61,821 nucleotides of DNA, from positions 1 through 61,821 of the forward strand of contig PULM01000043.1 of assembly GCA_003552345.1 (NCBI GenBank). The letters are read 5' to 3'. This document shows positions 10,807 through 22,849 of this stretch, piece after piece. Origin of the DNA: Ectothiorhodospiraceae bacterium (GTDB lineage Bacteria; Pseudomonadota; Gammaproteobacteria; Nitrococcales; Halorhodospiraceae). A program made the position numbers and the translations under genes. The notes beneath the pieces are model-generated. The model was not told where the DNA came from and made no database searches. It saw nothing but the letters and a program-made list of their open reading frames with translations. How positions within the stretch are numbered: the stretch's first letter is position 1; each line of letters starts with the position of its first letter.

Positions 10807-12111
10807 ATGTCCCGCGAACCGGTGGAGGCCCGCATCGAGGGCATGGCCCACGAGGGGCGCGGCATCACCCATGACGACCGGGGGCGACCGGTGTTTGTCG
10901 ACTTCGCCCTACCCGGCGAGCGGATCCGCTACCGCTACACCAAACTGCGCCGCCAGCGGGCCGAGGCGACGGCCGTCGAGATCCTGGAGCCGGCCGCGGA
11001 GCGCATCGCGCCGGGCTGCCCCCATTTTGGCAACTGCGGCGGGTGCGCCCTGCAGCATCTGCCGGCCGGTGAGCAGATCGCCCACAAGGAGCGGGTACTC
11101 GGCGAGCAGTTGCAACGCATCGGTGGCGTCGAGCCGGAGCAATGGCTGCCTCCCCTGACCGGCCCGATCTGGGGGTATCGGCGCAAGGCGCGGCTTGCGG
11201 TTAAGCACGTGCCGAAGAAGGGTGGGGTGCTGGTCGGCTTCCGCGAGAAGCACAGCCCGCTGGTGGCGCCCGTGGGTCATTGTCCGGTGCTCGATCCGCG
11301 GGTCGGCGAACGGATCGAGGAGCTGACCGCACTGATCGGTTCGCTGTCGATCCCGGATCGCATCCCGCAGATCGAGGGCGCTTGCGGTGATGAGCACGTG
11401 GCGCTGGTATTCCGCCACCTGGCGCCGTTCACGGAGGAGGACCTGGGGCGGCTGCGCGAGTTTGCAGCGGCGACGGGCCTGGCCATCCTCCGTCAGCCGG
11501 GGGACGAGTCGACGGTGACCCCGGTGGCGCCGGACCCGGCACCGCGTCTTCGCTATGCCCTGCCTGCTCACCAGGTGGAGGTGGCGTTTCTGCCGACGGA
11601 CTTCACCCAGGTCAATGCCGCGATCAACGCCGACATGGTCGCGCGGGCTCTCGAGTGGCTGCGACCAGGGCCGGGGCGGCGGATCCTGGACCTGTTCTGC
11701 GGCGTGGGGAACTTTCCCCTGCCGCTGGCGCGCGAGGGGGCCAGCGTCACCGGGATCGAGGGAGATGCCGGGCTCGTACGGCGGGCCGAGGAGAACGCAG
11801 CCGCCCATCGACTCGACGCCACCTTCGCGGTAGCCGACCTGGCCACGGAAGCCGGGGTCCGCCAGGTAGCCGGTGCATTCGACGCCGTCTTGCTGGACCC
11901 GCCGCGCTCCGGGGCTCAGGAGGTGCTTACCGCGGTCGCCGGCACAGGGGCCGGGCGCGTGGTCTACTGCTCCTGCGGTCCGGCCACCCTGGCTCGGGAC
12001 GCCGGGATCCTGGTCGCCGAGCACGGCTTTCGCTTGAAAGCGGCGGGGATTATGGACATGTTTCCGCACACCGCCCATGTGGAGAGCTTCGCGGTCTTCG
12101 ACCGCGATTGA
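10807..12111 (+). CDS. rlmD: 23S rRNA m5U1939 methyltransferase
   Basis: TRAM domain, CPHFGNCGGC Fe-S motif, FTQVN, DLFCGVG, LDPPRSG, DMFPHTAHVE. Confidence 0.95.
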   Translation: MSREPVEARIEGMAHEGRGITHDDRGRPVFVDFALPGERIRYRYTKLRRQRAEATAVEILEPAAERIAPGCPHFGNCGGCALQHLPAGEQIAHKERVLGEQLQRIGGVEPEQWLPPLTGPIWGYRRKARLAVKHVPKKGGVLVGFREKHSPLVAPVGHCPVLDPRVGERIEELTALIGSLSIPDRIPQIEGACGDEHVALVFRHLAPFTEEDLGRLREFAAATGLAILRQPGDESTVTPVAPDPAPRLRYALPAHQVEVAFLPTDFTQVNAAINADMVARALEWLRPGPGRRILDLFCGVGNFPLPLAREGASVTGIEGDAGLVRRAEENAAAHRLDATFAVADLATEAGVRQVAGAFDAVLLDPPRSGAQEVLTAVAGTGAGRVVYCSCGPATLARDAGILVAEHGFRLKAAGIMDMFPHTAHVESFAVFDRD

Positions 12112-12128
12112 GACGAGGGAGTGTAGGA

Positions 12129-12770
12129 ATGGCTCACCGCTTCGAGATTCTCGGCCGCGATCCCTGCCACGAGGGATTCCTGCGCCTGGACCGGATCCGT
12201 TTGCGTCATGCGCGGTTCGAGGGTGGGATGACGCCCGAACTCACCCGCGAGTGCCTGGTGCGTGGCCTCGCCGTCGGCGTGCTGCCTTACGATCCCGAGC
12301 GCGACGAGGTGATCCTCATCGAACAGTTCCGGGTGGGCGCCATCGATGACAATCGTGGGGCCTGGATCACCGAGACCATCGCCGGTATCGCCGAGCCTGG
12401 GGAGGATCCGCGCACCGTCGCCGTTCGCGAGGCACGGGAAGAGGCCAACGTCGAGATCGAGGACCTACGCACGATCGCCGACTATCTACCCAGTCCCGGC
12501 GGAAGCACCGAACGGGTTGTGCTCTACTGTGCCCGGTGCGACACCAGCGCGGCGGGCGGTATCCATGGGCTCGATGAGGAGCATGAGGATATCTGCACCC
12601 ACGTCCTCCCGGCCGATGAGGCCATCGGACAGGTGGCGGAGGGCCACTATCGGGCTGCCATGCCGGTCATCGCGCTGCAGTGGTTGGCGCTCAACCGGCG
12701 TCGCCTGCGCGAGGAGTGGACCGACGGGGCGTGGTCGGAACACCTTTGGTCCGGCGAGGACCCTGATTAG
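12129..12770 (+). CDS. nudF: ADP-ribose pyrophosphatase (Nudix)
   Basis: VLPYDP, EQFRVGA, Nudix box (AGIAEPGE...AVREAREE), SPGGSTE, GLDEEHEDI. Confidence 0.9.
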   Translation: MAHRFEILGRDPCHEGFLRLDRIRLRHARFEGGMTPELTRECLVRGLAVGVLPYDPERDEVILIEQFRVGAIDDNRGAWITETIAGIAEPGEDPRTVAVREAREEANVEIEDLRTIADYLPSPGGSTERVVLYCARCDTSAAGGIHGLDEEHEDICTHVLPADEAIGQVAEGHYRAAMPVIALQWLALNRRRLREEWTDGAWSEHLWSGEDPD

Positions 12771-12788
12771 AGGGGCGGGGAGGTCATC

Positions 12789-12816
12789 GCCGGCCCGGGC
12801 CCCGACCCGGGCCGGC
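12789..12816. terminator. GC hairpin between convergent nudF and purB
   Basis: GCCGGCCCGGG-N6-CCCGGGCCGGC, 11-bp perfect stem, no T tract. Confidence 0.55.
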
Positions 12817-12823
12817 ACGACGG

Positions 12824-15695
<2,872 letters not shown>

Positions 15696-15714
15696 AAAGG
15701 GCGCAGGGGTCCGC

Positions 15715-16575
15715 TCAGGCGTCTGGGCCGGCCGGTCCGTCGAGCCGGTCCAGACGCAGGAATTGCTGCTCTTCACCCGGTGCGGTGCCGGGGTCCAGGT
15801 AGAGCCATCGGAGACGGAAGTCGGCGGGCTGCTCCAGCGGGGCGCCCTCGACAACCGTCTCGAATTGGCTGCTCTGCCCGCCGATCACGCGGTGGCGCAC
15901 CGTCTTGAACAGCGTGTCCAGACACCCATCCCGGATCAGGGTGTGCGCCACCTGGGGGCCGGCAACCGAGTAGACCCGGCCGTAACCGAGTGCCCCCAGG
16001 GTGTCGCGCAATTGGGCGCCCGTCACACGGTGGCCGCGGAAACGGGCTGCGACCTGCGCACCCGCTTGCCGGTGCGCCTGGAGTCGTTGATCCGGTGTGT
16101 CCTCCGGGATGATCAGCCAGACGCGCCGGCCCTGCTCGCGCAGCAGCGGTGGGATTTGGAACTGCGCGGTTCCGGAGACGATCGCCACGTCCGGCTGCGG
16201 GGACAGGCCCTGTTCCTGGCGCCAATGCAACAGGTCCGTGAACTCCGAGCCCACCGGCAGGATGTCCTGTGCGCAGCCCGCCTCCAACTCCCGAAGATAG
16301 CGCCCACTGGTGATGAGACAGTCAGCGCGGGCTGCCAGCTCCTGGAAAAGCCGCCAATCGCGGGGGTTGGCCACCGTGTTCGGTACCCGGCACCCGACGC
16401 CGGTGTCCAGGCTGATCCGGCCATCCAGGCTGGTGACGAAGTTCGCATACATCCATGGCGTTTTGCCGCTCCCTTTTGGGAGAGGGGCGTCGCGATAGAG
16501 CCCCTGCAGAGTCGCCGAACCTGTTGATTCGGAGGGGTGTAAGAGGTGCAGGGCGGGGGAGAGGGTGTGCGTCAT
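15715..16575 (-). CDS. RibD C-terminal / DHFR-fold reductase family protein
   Basis: YANFVTSLDGRIS motif and ARADCLI; no deaminase domain. Confidence 0.75.
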   Translation of the reverse strand: MTHTLSPALHLLHPSESTGSATLQGLYRDAPLPKGSGKTPWMYANFVTSLDGRISLDTGVGCRVPNTVANPRDWRLFQELAARADCLITSGRYLRELEAGCAQDILPVGSEFTDLLHWRQEQGLSPQPDVAIVSGTAQFQIPPLLREQGRRVWLIIPEDTPDQRLQAHRQAGAQVAARFRGHRVTGAQLRDTLGALGYGRVYSVAGPQVAHTLIRDGCLDTLFKTVRHRVIGGQSSQFETVVEGAPLEQPADFRLRWLYLDPGTAPGEEQQFLRLDRLDGPAGPDA

Positions 16576-16664
16576 AAAGGTGACGGCCTGCTCAGTTCGG
16601 GTTGCTGGAATGTACGTTGCTCGACAGAATAGCGAAGTATCCCGAGCGGTTTCGAGGTACGGGG

Positions 16665-17321
16665 ATGATTCGGGTCGTACTAGCAGACGACCATCGCCTG
16701 GTCCGGCAGGCCATCGAGGGGATGCTTCGGGATATTTCGGACATCGAGATCGTCGCCCAGGCCGAGAATGGTCGTCAGGCGCTGGCTGCGGTCCGGGAGC
16801 ACGAGCCGGATCTGGTGCTGATGGACCTGCAGATGCCTGAGATGGGTGGGATCGAGGCGACTCGACGGCTCCGCCGCAGCCATCCCAAGGTCGGTGTCAT
16901 CGCGGTCACCGTCCATGATACGGGGCCGTATCCGGCCCATGCGCTGCGCGCCGGCGCCAAGGGCTACGTGCACAAGGGGGCGGATCGGGACGAGCTGATT
17001 GAAGCCATCCGTTCCGTGTATCTCGGGCGACGTTACCTGTGCAACGAGATCGCCCGGCATCTGGCCCTGGTCAGTCTGGATGGCACCGGAGAGAGCCCGT
17101 TCGATGGCCTGACCTCCCGGGAGTTTGACGTACTGATGCGTATCCTCAATGGCCAGCGCGGCACCAGCATCGCCAAGGAGCTGTGCCTGAGCCCGAAGAC
17201 CATCAGCACCTACCGCACACGGCTCTACGAGCGGCTGGGCGTGAAGAATGATGCCCAGTTGACGCGGGTTGCCCTGGATTACGGCCTCATTGAGGCCCAT
17301 TCCGAAGACGACCCCTCCTGA
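16665..17321 (+). CDS. uvrY: NarL-family response regulator UvrY/GacA
   Basis: REC domain (LADDH, LMDLQMP) plus LuxR HTH (LCLSPKTISTYR); upstream of uvrC. Confidence 0.88.
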   Translation: MIRVVLADDHRLVRQAIEGMLRDISDIEIVAQAENGRQALAAVREHEPDLVLMDLQMPEMGGIEATRRLRRSHPKVGVIAVTVHDTGPYPAHALRAGAKGYVHKGADRDELIEAIRSVYLGRRYLCNEIARHLALVSLDGTGESPFDGLTSREFDVLMRILNGQRGTSIAKELCLSPKTISTYRTRLYERLGVKNDAQLTRVALDYGLIEAHSEDDPS

Positions 17322-17491
17322 ACCTCTCTTGCCCACTACGGCCCGCTGCTGCCGATGGGGATGCACCAGGTCTGCCGCGGTCCCGGTGGACAGTTGTCGG
17401 CGTAGCGGGTACAACACGCGGACTCTCCAGCGTCGGCGCCTGAACGCGAACGGCGCTCGCCAGTGCAGGGCAGGGTGGGGCACGAAACGCG

Positions 17492-19333
17492 ATGAACAGC
17501 AGGGCGGCAGAGCAAAAACCGGGGCGCGAGGCGCTGCGCGAGCGCGTGCGCAGCCTGCCGGAGCGCCCGGGGGTGTACCGCATGCTCAGCGCCGAGGGCA
17601 CCATCATTTACGTCGGCAAGGCGCGCAATCTGCGCCGGCGGGTCTCCAGTTACTTCACCGCATCCCGTAAGACGCCGAAAACAGAGCGTCTCGTCCAGCT
17701 CATCGCCGATATCCAGATCACCGTGACCCACACCGAGGCCGAGGCACTGATCCTGGAGAACAACCTGATCAAGGCGCACCGGCCCCGGTACAACGTGCTG
17801 CTGCGGGATGACAAGTCGTACCCATACATCTACCTATCCAGTCATCAGCAGTTCCCGCGACTGGGGTACCATCGTGGGGCACGCCAGGGACCGGGCCGTT
17901 TCTTCGGTCCCTATCCGAACTCCAACGCCGTGCGTGAGACCTTGGGGTATCTGCAAAAGGTCTTCCCCATCCGGCAGTGCCGGGACACCTTCTTCCGCAA
18001 TCGCTCGCGCCCCTGCCTGCAGTATCAGATCCGGCGCTGCACCGCGCCCTGCGTGGGCTACATCAGCGAGGAGGCGTACCGCCGTGAGGTGCGCGATGTG
18101 GAACTCTTCCTGGAGGGTCGTTCGGGGGAGGTGATCGACGAGCTGGTCCAGCGTATGGAGCAGGCGGCGGAGGAACTTGAATTTGAACAGGCGGCGCGCC
18201 TGCGCGATCGAATCGCCCAGCTGCGCCAGATCCAGCAACGCCAATATGTGGCTCAGGACCGGGACGACAGCACGGACGTGGTCGCCTGCGTGGCCGAGGG
18301 CGATACCGCGTGCGTGCAGGTCTTTTTCATACGTGGTGGCAGCAGCCTCGGCAATCAGTCCTATTTCCCGAACGTCCCATCGGGCAGTCGAGAGACCGAC
18401 ATCCTGTCGAGTTTCCTGGCGCAACACTACCTGGGGCGGGTAGCGCCGCCGGAGGTCGTGATCAACCGTCCGGTCCGCGAACAGCGGCTGCTCGAGGAAA
18501 CCCTGCACACTGCCAGCGGTGGCGCGGTGGCCATCCGTCATCGTGTCCGCGGCGATCGCCGCCGCTGGGTCGAGATGGCCGAGGAGAACGCCCGTTACGC
18601 GCTGGCGGCGCGAAGCGCCTCCAGCGCCAGTCAGCAGAAGCGTTACGCCGCTCTGGCCGATGTCATCGACAGCGATGTGCCGCCGGAGCGGATCGAATGC
18701 TTCGATATCTCCCACACCGGGGGTGAAGCAACGGTGGCCTCCTGCGTGGTTTTCAATCAAGAGGGGCCGGTCAAGAGCGACTATCGCCGCTTCAACATCC
18801 GCAACATCACCGCCGGAGACGACTATGCGGCCATGCACCAGGCCCTGACGCGTCGCTACCGACGGGTGAAAAGCGGCGAGGCGCCGCTGCCCGACCTCTT
18901 GCTAATCGACGGGGGGAAGGGGCAAGTTGCACAGGCACGAGAGGTCCTCGACGAACTGGGTATCGACGGGATCGCCCTGATGGGGATCGCCAAAGGGCCG
19001 GAGCGGCGTCCCGGCGAGGAGACGCTGCTGCTCGATGACGGGGAGCGCGAACTCGAGCTGCCGGCGGACTCGCCGGCGCTCCACCTGCTCCAGCAGGTCC
19101 GCGACGAGGCGCATCGGTTCGCGGTCAGCGGCCATCGCCAGCGGCGGGGCAAGGCCAGGCGGGAGTCGGTCCTTGAGGAGATCCCGGGGCTGGGACCGAA
19201 GCGCCGCCAGAGCCTCTTGAAGCACTTCGGTGGAGTGCAGGGTATCCGTCAGGCCGGGGTTGAGGATCTGGCCCAGGTGCCCGGCATTCATCGATCGCTC
19301 GCGCAACGGATTTACGACACGTTCCACGGTTAG
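17492..19333 (+). CDS. uvrC: Excinuclease ABC subunit C
   Basis: GIY-YIG (PGVYRM...IYVGKARNL), ECFDISH, IDGGKGQ, HhH motifs. Confidence 0.98.
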   Translation: MNSRAAEQKPGREALRERVRSLPERPGVYRMLSAEGTIIYVGKARNLRRRVSSYFTASRKTPKTERLVQLIADIQITVTHTEAEALILENNLIKAHRPRYNVLLRDDKSYPYIYLSSHQQFPRLGYHRGARQGPGRFFGPYPNSNAVRETLGYLQKVFPIRQCRDTFFRNRSRPCLQYQIRRCTAPCVGYISEEAYRREVRDVELFLEGRSGEVIDELVQRMEQAAEELEFEQAARLRDRIAQLRQIQQRQYVAQDRDDSTDVVACVAEGDTACVQVFFIRGGSSLGNQSYFPNVPSGSRETDILSSFLAQHYLGRVAPPEVVINRPVREQRLLEETLHTASGGAVAIRHRVRGDRRRWVEMAEENARYALAARSASSASQQKRYAALADVIDSDVPPERIECFDISHTGGEATVASCVVFNQEGPVKSDYRRFNIRNITAGDDYAAMHQALTRRYRRVKSGEAPLPDLLLIDGGKGQVAQAREVLDELGIDGIALMGIAKGPERRPGEETLLLDDGERELELPADSPALHLLQQVRDEAHRFAVSGHRQRRGKARRESVLEEIPGLGPKRRQSLLKHFGGVQGIRQAGVEDLAQVPGIHRSLAQRIYDTFHG

Positions 19334-19342
19334 GACACCATC

Positions 19343-19894
19343 ATGACGCTGACTCTGCCCACCGCGCTCACGCTGTTTCGCATCGTGCTGATCCCGGTCT
19401 TCGGTCTCTGCTTCCTCTTGCCGCCGCCGTGGACCAACCTACTGACCGTGGCCGTGTTTGCCCTGGCAGCGGTCACCGACTGGCTCGATGGATACCTGGC
19501 CCGTCGTCTCAACCAGTCTTCGGATTTCGGTGCGTTCCTGGATCCGGTGGCTGACAAGCTGATGGTTGCCGTCGCCTTGGTTGCCCTGGTGGCTGTCTAT
19601 CCGGGGCTGTGGATGGCGATCCCGGCGGCGGTGATCATCGGCCGGGAGATCGCGGTATCGGCGCTGCGCGAGTGGATGGCGGAGATCGGCAAACGGGCCA
19701 GCGTAGCGGTCAATCAGATGGGTAAATGGAAAACCGCCGCGCAGATGGCAGCGATCCTCATGCTGCTCTACCGCGAGCCCATCCTCGGGGTCCCGGTTCC
19801 GGAGATCGGTTTCGTGCTGCTGTGGATGGCGGCGCTGCTGACCCTGTACTCGGCCTACGTTTACATGCGGGCGGCGCTGGAGGTTCTCGACTGA
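19343..19894 (+). CDS. pgsA: CDP-diacylglycerol--glycerol-3-phosphate 3-phosphatidyltransferase
   Basis: DWLDGYLAR...GAFLDPVADK CDP-alcohol phosphotransferase motif; after uvrC. Confidence 0.97.
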   Translation: MTLTLPTALTLFRIVLIPVFGLCFLLPPPWTNLLTVAVFALAAVTDWLDGYLARRLNQSSDFGAFLDPVADKLMVAVALVALVAVYPGLWMAIPAAVIIGREIAVSALREWMAEIGKRASVAVNQMGKWKTAAQMAAILMLLYREPILGVPVPEIGFVLLWMAALLTLYSAYVYMRAALEVLD

Positions 19895-19948
19895 GCAGGT
19901 GCAGGCCGCGCAGGTGCCGCGATGCGCTTGGCTCGTCGGGGCCCGGCA

Positions 19949-20033
19949 TGGTGCCCAGGGCCGGACTCGAACCGGCACGGCCAAAGCCGGACGATTTTAA
20001 GTCGTCTGCGTCTACCTGTTCCGCCACCTGGGC
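19949..20033 (-). tRNA. tRNA-Leu (TAA)
   Basis: Reverse complement GCCCAGGTGGCGGAACAGGTAGACGCAGACGACTTAAAATCGTC...GGTTCGAGTCCGGCCCTGGGCACCA; long variable arm, encoded CCA. Confidence 0.96.
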
Positions 20034-20091
20034 AAGCGGGGGGGGGGCGAGGCTTCGCTTCCGAACCGGCGGGGCGAAAGTCGTTGGGAAG

Positions 20092-20165
20092 TGGAGGCTA
20101 GGGCGGGAATCGAACCCACGTACACGGCTTTGCAGGCCGCTGCATCACCACTCTGCCACCTAGCC
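20092..20165 (-). tRNA. tRNA-Cys (GCA)
   Basis: Reverse complement GGCTAGGTGGCAGAGTGGTGATGCAGCGGCCTGCAAAGCCGTGTACGTGGGTTCGATTCCCGCCCTAGCCTCCA, 74 nt. Confidence 0.96.
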
Positions 20166-20175
20166 AGCGCCCGGA

Positions 20176-20204
20176 ATGATATCGATACGACGCCCTCAGT
20201 ACAA
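20176..20204 (-). promoter_or_regulatory. sigma70 promoter of the tRNA-Cys/Leu operon
   Basis: TTGTAC-N17-TATCAT followed by a GC-rich discriminator, 10 nt before tRNA-Cys. Confidence 0.75.
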
Positions 20205-20209
20205 GGGGG

Positions 20210-21421
20210 CTACTCCAGGTCAAAGCCGATCAGCACGGCGATCTCGGCTTGGTCGGGCATGTCGTCGCGCTGCTCGATCAGCTGATTCCCCGGCAATGCC
20301 CGGGCGATCTCCCGGGCTCGCTCGGCGTGTCCCGGCCGATACAGGATCTTGGTGCGATCTCGTCGGGCCACGTCGTCCTCGTCCCGGGCATCGGCGATCG
20401 AGAGCTCCAGACCCTCTAGGATATCAACGACCTGCGCCGTCAACTCTGGGACGCCGGAGTGATTGAGAACCACCACACCGTCGGTGACCTGGGGCTCAGG
20501 GATCTCCGGGCGCAGCAGCCGACGCTCGATATCACCAACCCTTCGCTCGAGCCTCTCAATGGCGGTCTGATTGGCGGCGATGCGCTCGCGCAGACTGTCC
20601 AGGTCCCGGTCCGGCGGGCGATGTTGGTAGGTCCAGGTCACGAAGACGGCGCGCTCCGGTTCCGCGTTGCGCTGAACGGTATCGAATTGAGCCAGGAACT
20701 GGATCTCTGTGTTGGGGGTGTAGCGGAACCGAATACCGGGCCGAAAGGAGAGGCTCTGCTGGTCCCTGGAGCTTGAGCCCACGCCGTGGGTCCCGCGGAT
20801 CCCGAAATACGGCTCCGCATCCACGTCCACGTCGAGCCCGATACCGGCCTCGGCGGTCAGCCGATTGGCCAGCCGGTAGGCGACATCGCCACTGCCGGGG
20901 TCATCACGGTGATCGTGTCGTTCCAAACCACCGCGCAGGTAGAAGGCACCAGGCACGAGCCAATCCTCGGCCCGGAAATCGGCGCTGAGCCCATAGTTGT
21001 GAGAGCCGCTGCCGATACCCTCGTCTTCGTCGGCCGGGTCGATCGTGGTGTAGCCCCGCAAGACCGCTTGCAGTGGACCGTCGTCGAGGATTTGGAAGGA
21101 GAGATCCGCGCGCAGGGAATTGCGTAGGGCGTACTGGTCCTCCTCCAGGTCGTGGCGGTACGGGACCGTGACGGATACCTCGAAGGGGCCGGGGAGGCCG
21201 GCGCGCAGCGTGGGCAGGAGGTCCATGGTCGTCCCCTGACCGGCTCCGAAATAGCTGAACCCCGCAGTGCCCCGGGCATCGATCTGCCCGGGGTCGAGGA
21301 TCCGCGTATCCGGTAGGGTTGGTCCGGCTACGGCCGCCCCCATGGTGGCCAGGGTGGTAGCCCCGGCCACGATCGTGCCCTGGAGCCCTTTACAGCACCC
21401 GGCTATAGCGCTTGCCTTCAT
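20210..21421 (-). CDS. Exported protein: predicted beta-barrel-like N-domain + coiled coil + C-terminal LytR_C domain
   Basis: C-terminus VVVLNHSGVPEL...TKILYRPG...IAVLIGFD fits the LytR_C pattern; amphipathic beta-strands upstream; heptad segment between. Start uncertain (ATG 21421 overlaps the hemN end). Confidence 0.7.
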   Translation of the reverse strand: MKASAIAGCCKGLQGTIVAGATTLATMGAAVAGPTLPDTRILDPGQIDARGTAGFSYFGAGQGTTMDLLPTLRAGLPGPFEVSVTVPYRHDLEEDQYALRNSLRADLSFQILDDGPLQAVLRGYTTIDPADEDEGIGSGSHNYGLSADFRAEDWLVPGAFYLRGGLERHDHRDDPGSGDVAYRLANRLTAEAGIGLDVDVDAEPYFGIRGTHGVGSSSRDQQSLSFRPGIRFRYTPNTEIQFLAQFDTVQRNAEPERAVFVTWTYQHRPPDRDLDSLRERIAANQTAIERLERRVGDIERRLLRPEIPEPQVTDGVVVLNHSGVPELTAQVVDILEGLELSIADARDEDDVARRDRTKILYRPGHAERAREIARALPGNQLIEQRDDMPDQAEIAVLIGFDLE

Positions 21422-22784
21422 TGGCCTCGCGCTCCAGGTAGGCATCAAAGGCCATGGCTACGTGACGCAGCATCAGCCGCCCCCTCGGCAGGACCTGCAG
21501 GTGGCGTTCGTCCATCTGGATCAGGCCGTCGTCGACCAGCGGCTCCAGCCGCTCCAGGGCATCAGCGAAGTACTCGTTGAACTGGATGCCATGCCTGGCC
21601 TCGATGGCTGCATAATCGAGCCGGGAGTGACACATGACCTCGATGATCACCTCCCGTCGCAGCAGGTCATCCTGATTGAGCTCGTAGCCGCGGAAGACCG
21701 CCAGATCACCCCGGGCGATGCGCTCCTGGTACTCCTCGGGGTCGCGCAGGTTCTGGCTGTAGGTGTTGCCGATCTTGCCGATGGAGGTCGAACCCAGGGC
21801 AATCAGGTCACACTCTGCGCGGGTTGAATACCCCTGGAAGTTCCGGTGCAGGGTGCCCTGTTTCTGGGAGACCGCCAGCTCGTCATCGGGCAGGGCGAAG
21901 TGGTCCATGCCGATGAAGACGTAGCCGGCCTCGGTGAGCTTCTCAATGGTCCGACCGAAGATGGTCAGCTTGTCTTCCGGGCCGGGCAGATCCGCCTCGT
22001 CGATCTGGCGCTGAATCTTGAACAGGTGCGGCAGGTGGGCGTAATTGTAGATGGCCAGTCGCTCGGGCCGCAGTTCGATGACCTCGTCCAGGGTCCGGTC
22101 GAACGACTCCACCGTCTGCTTGGGCAGGCCGTAGATCAGATCGACGTTGGTTGAGCGGAACCCATGGCGCCGGCCTTCCTCAATGATCGAGCGGCACAGC
22201 TCGGCGCTCTGCACGCGGTTGACCGCCGCCTGGACGTCCTCGTTAAAGTCCTGGACACCCACGCTCATGCGGTTAAACCCGAGTTCGGCCAGGCGGCCGA
22301 TATCCTCAAGCTGCACGTCACGTGGGTCGATCTCGATGGAGAACTCGCGGTTATCGGTATCGTCCAGGGTAAACTGCTCGCGCAGCTTGCCCACCAGGCG
22401 CCCCAGATCGTCAATCTTGAGGTAGTTCGGGGTGCCGCCCCCCAGGTGGAGCTGCTCCACACGCCGGTGATCGCCGAAGAGCCGCGCCTGCAGCTCGATC
22501 TCGCGGAAGACGTGCTCAAGGTATTCCTGGGCACGGCTGTAGTTGGCCGTCACGATCTTGTTGCACGCGCAGTAAAAGCAGACGTTGCGGCAGAACGGGA
22601 CGTGGACATAGACCGACAACGGGTTGGGTTGGTCGGCCTCATTGGTGGCACGAGCCGCCGCGGCGTAAGCCTGGGCGTCGAACCCTTCATGGAATTGAGG
22701 GGCCGTCGGGTACGACGTGTAGCGAGGTCCGCTGACGTCGTAGCGGCGCAGCAACTCGCGATCGAAATCAAGACGTTGTTCCAT
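21390..22784 (-). CDS. hemN: Oxygen-independent coproporphyrinogen III oxidase
   Basis: GPRYTSYPTA, CRNVCFYC radical-SAM motif, GGGTP, IGMDHF, RNFQGY. Confidence 0.97.
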   Translation of the reverse strand: MEQRLDFDRELLRRYDVSGPRYTSYPTAPQFHEGFDAQAYAAAARATNEADQPNPLSVYVHVPFCRNVCFYCACNKIVTANYSRAQEYLEHVFREIELQARLFGDHRRVEQLHLGGGTPNYLKIDDLGRLVGKLREQFTLDDTDNREFSIEIDPRDVQLEDIGRLAELGFNRMSVGVQDFNEDVQAAVNRVQSAELCRSIIEEGRRHGFRSTNVDLIYGLPKQTVESFDRTLDEVIELRPERLAIYNYAHLPHLFKIQRQIDEADLPGPEDKLTIFGRTIEKLTEAGYVFIGMDHFALPDDELAVSQKQGTLHRNFQGYSTRAECDLIALGSTSIGKIGNTYSQNLRDPEEYQERIARGDLAVFRGYELNQDDLLRREVIIEVMCHSRLDYAAIEARHGIQFNEYFADALERLEPLVDDGLIQMDERHLQVLPRGRLMLRHVAMAFDAYLEREANEGKRYSRVL

Positions 22785-22849
22785 AAGAGACCTCTACGCC
22801 CTAGTCGCTTGGGAGGCCAGCGGCGCCGCTGGTGCCGGCGCCGCCCCGT

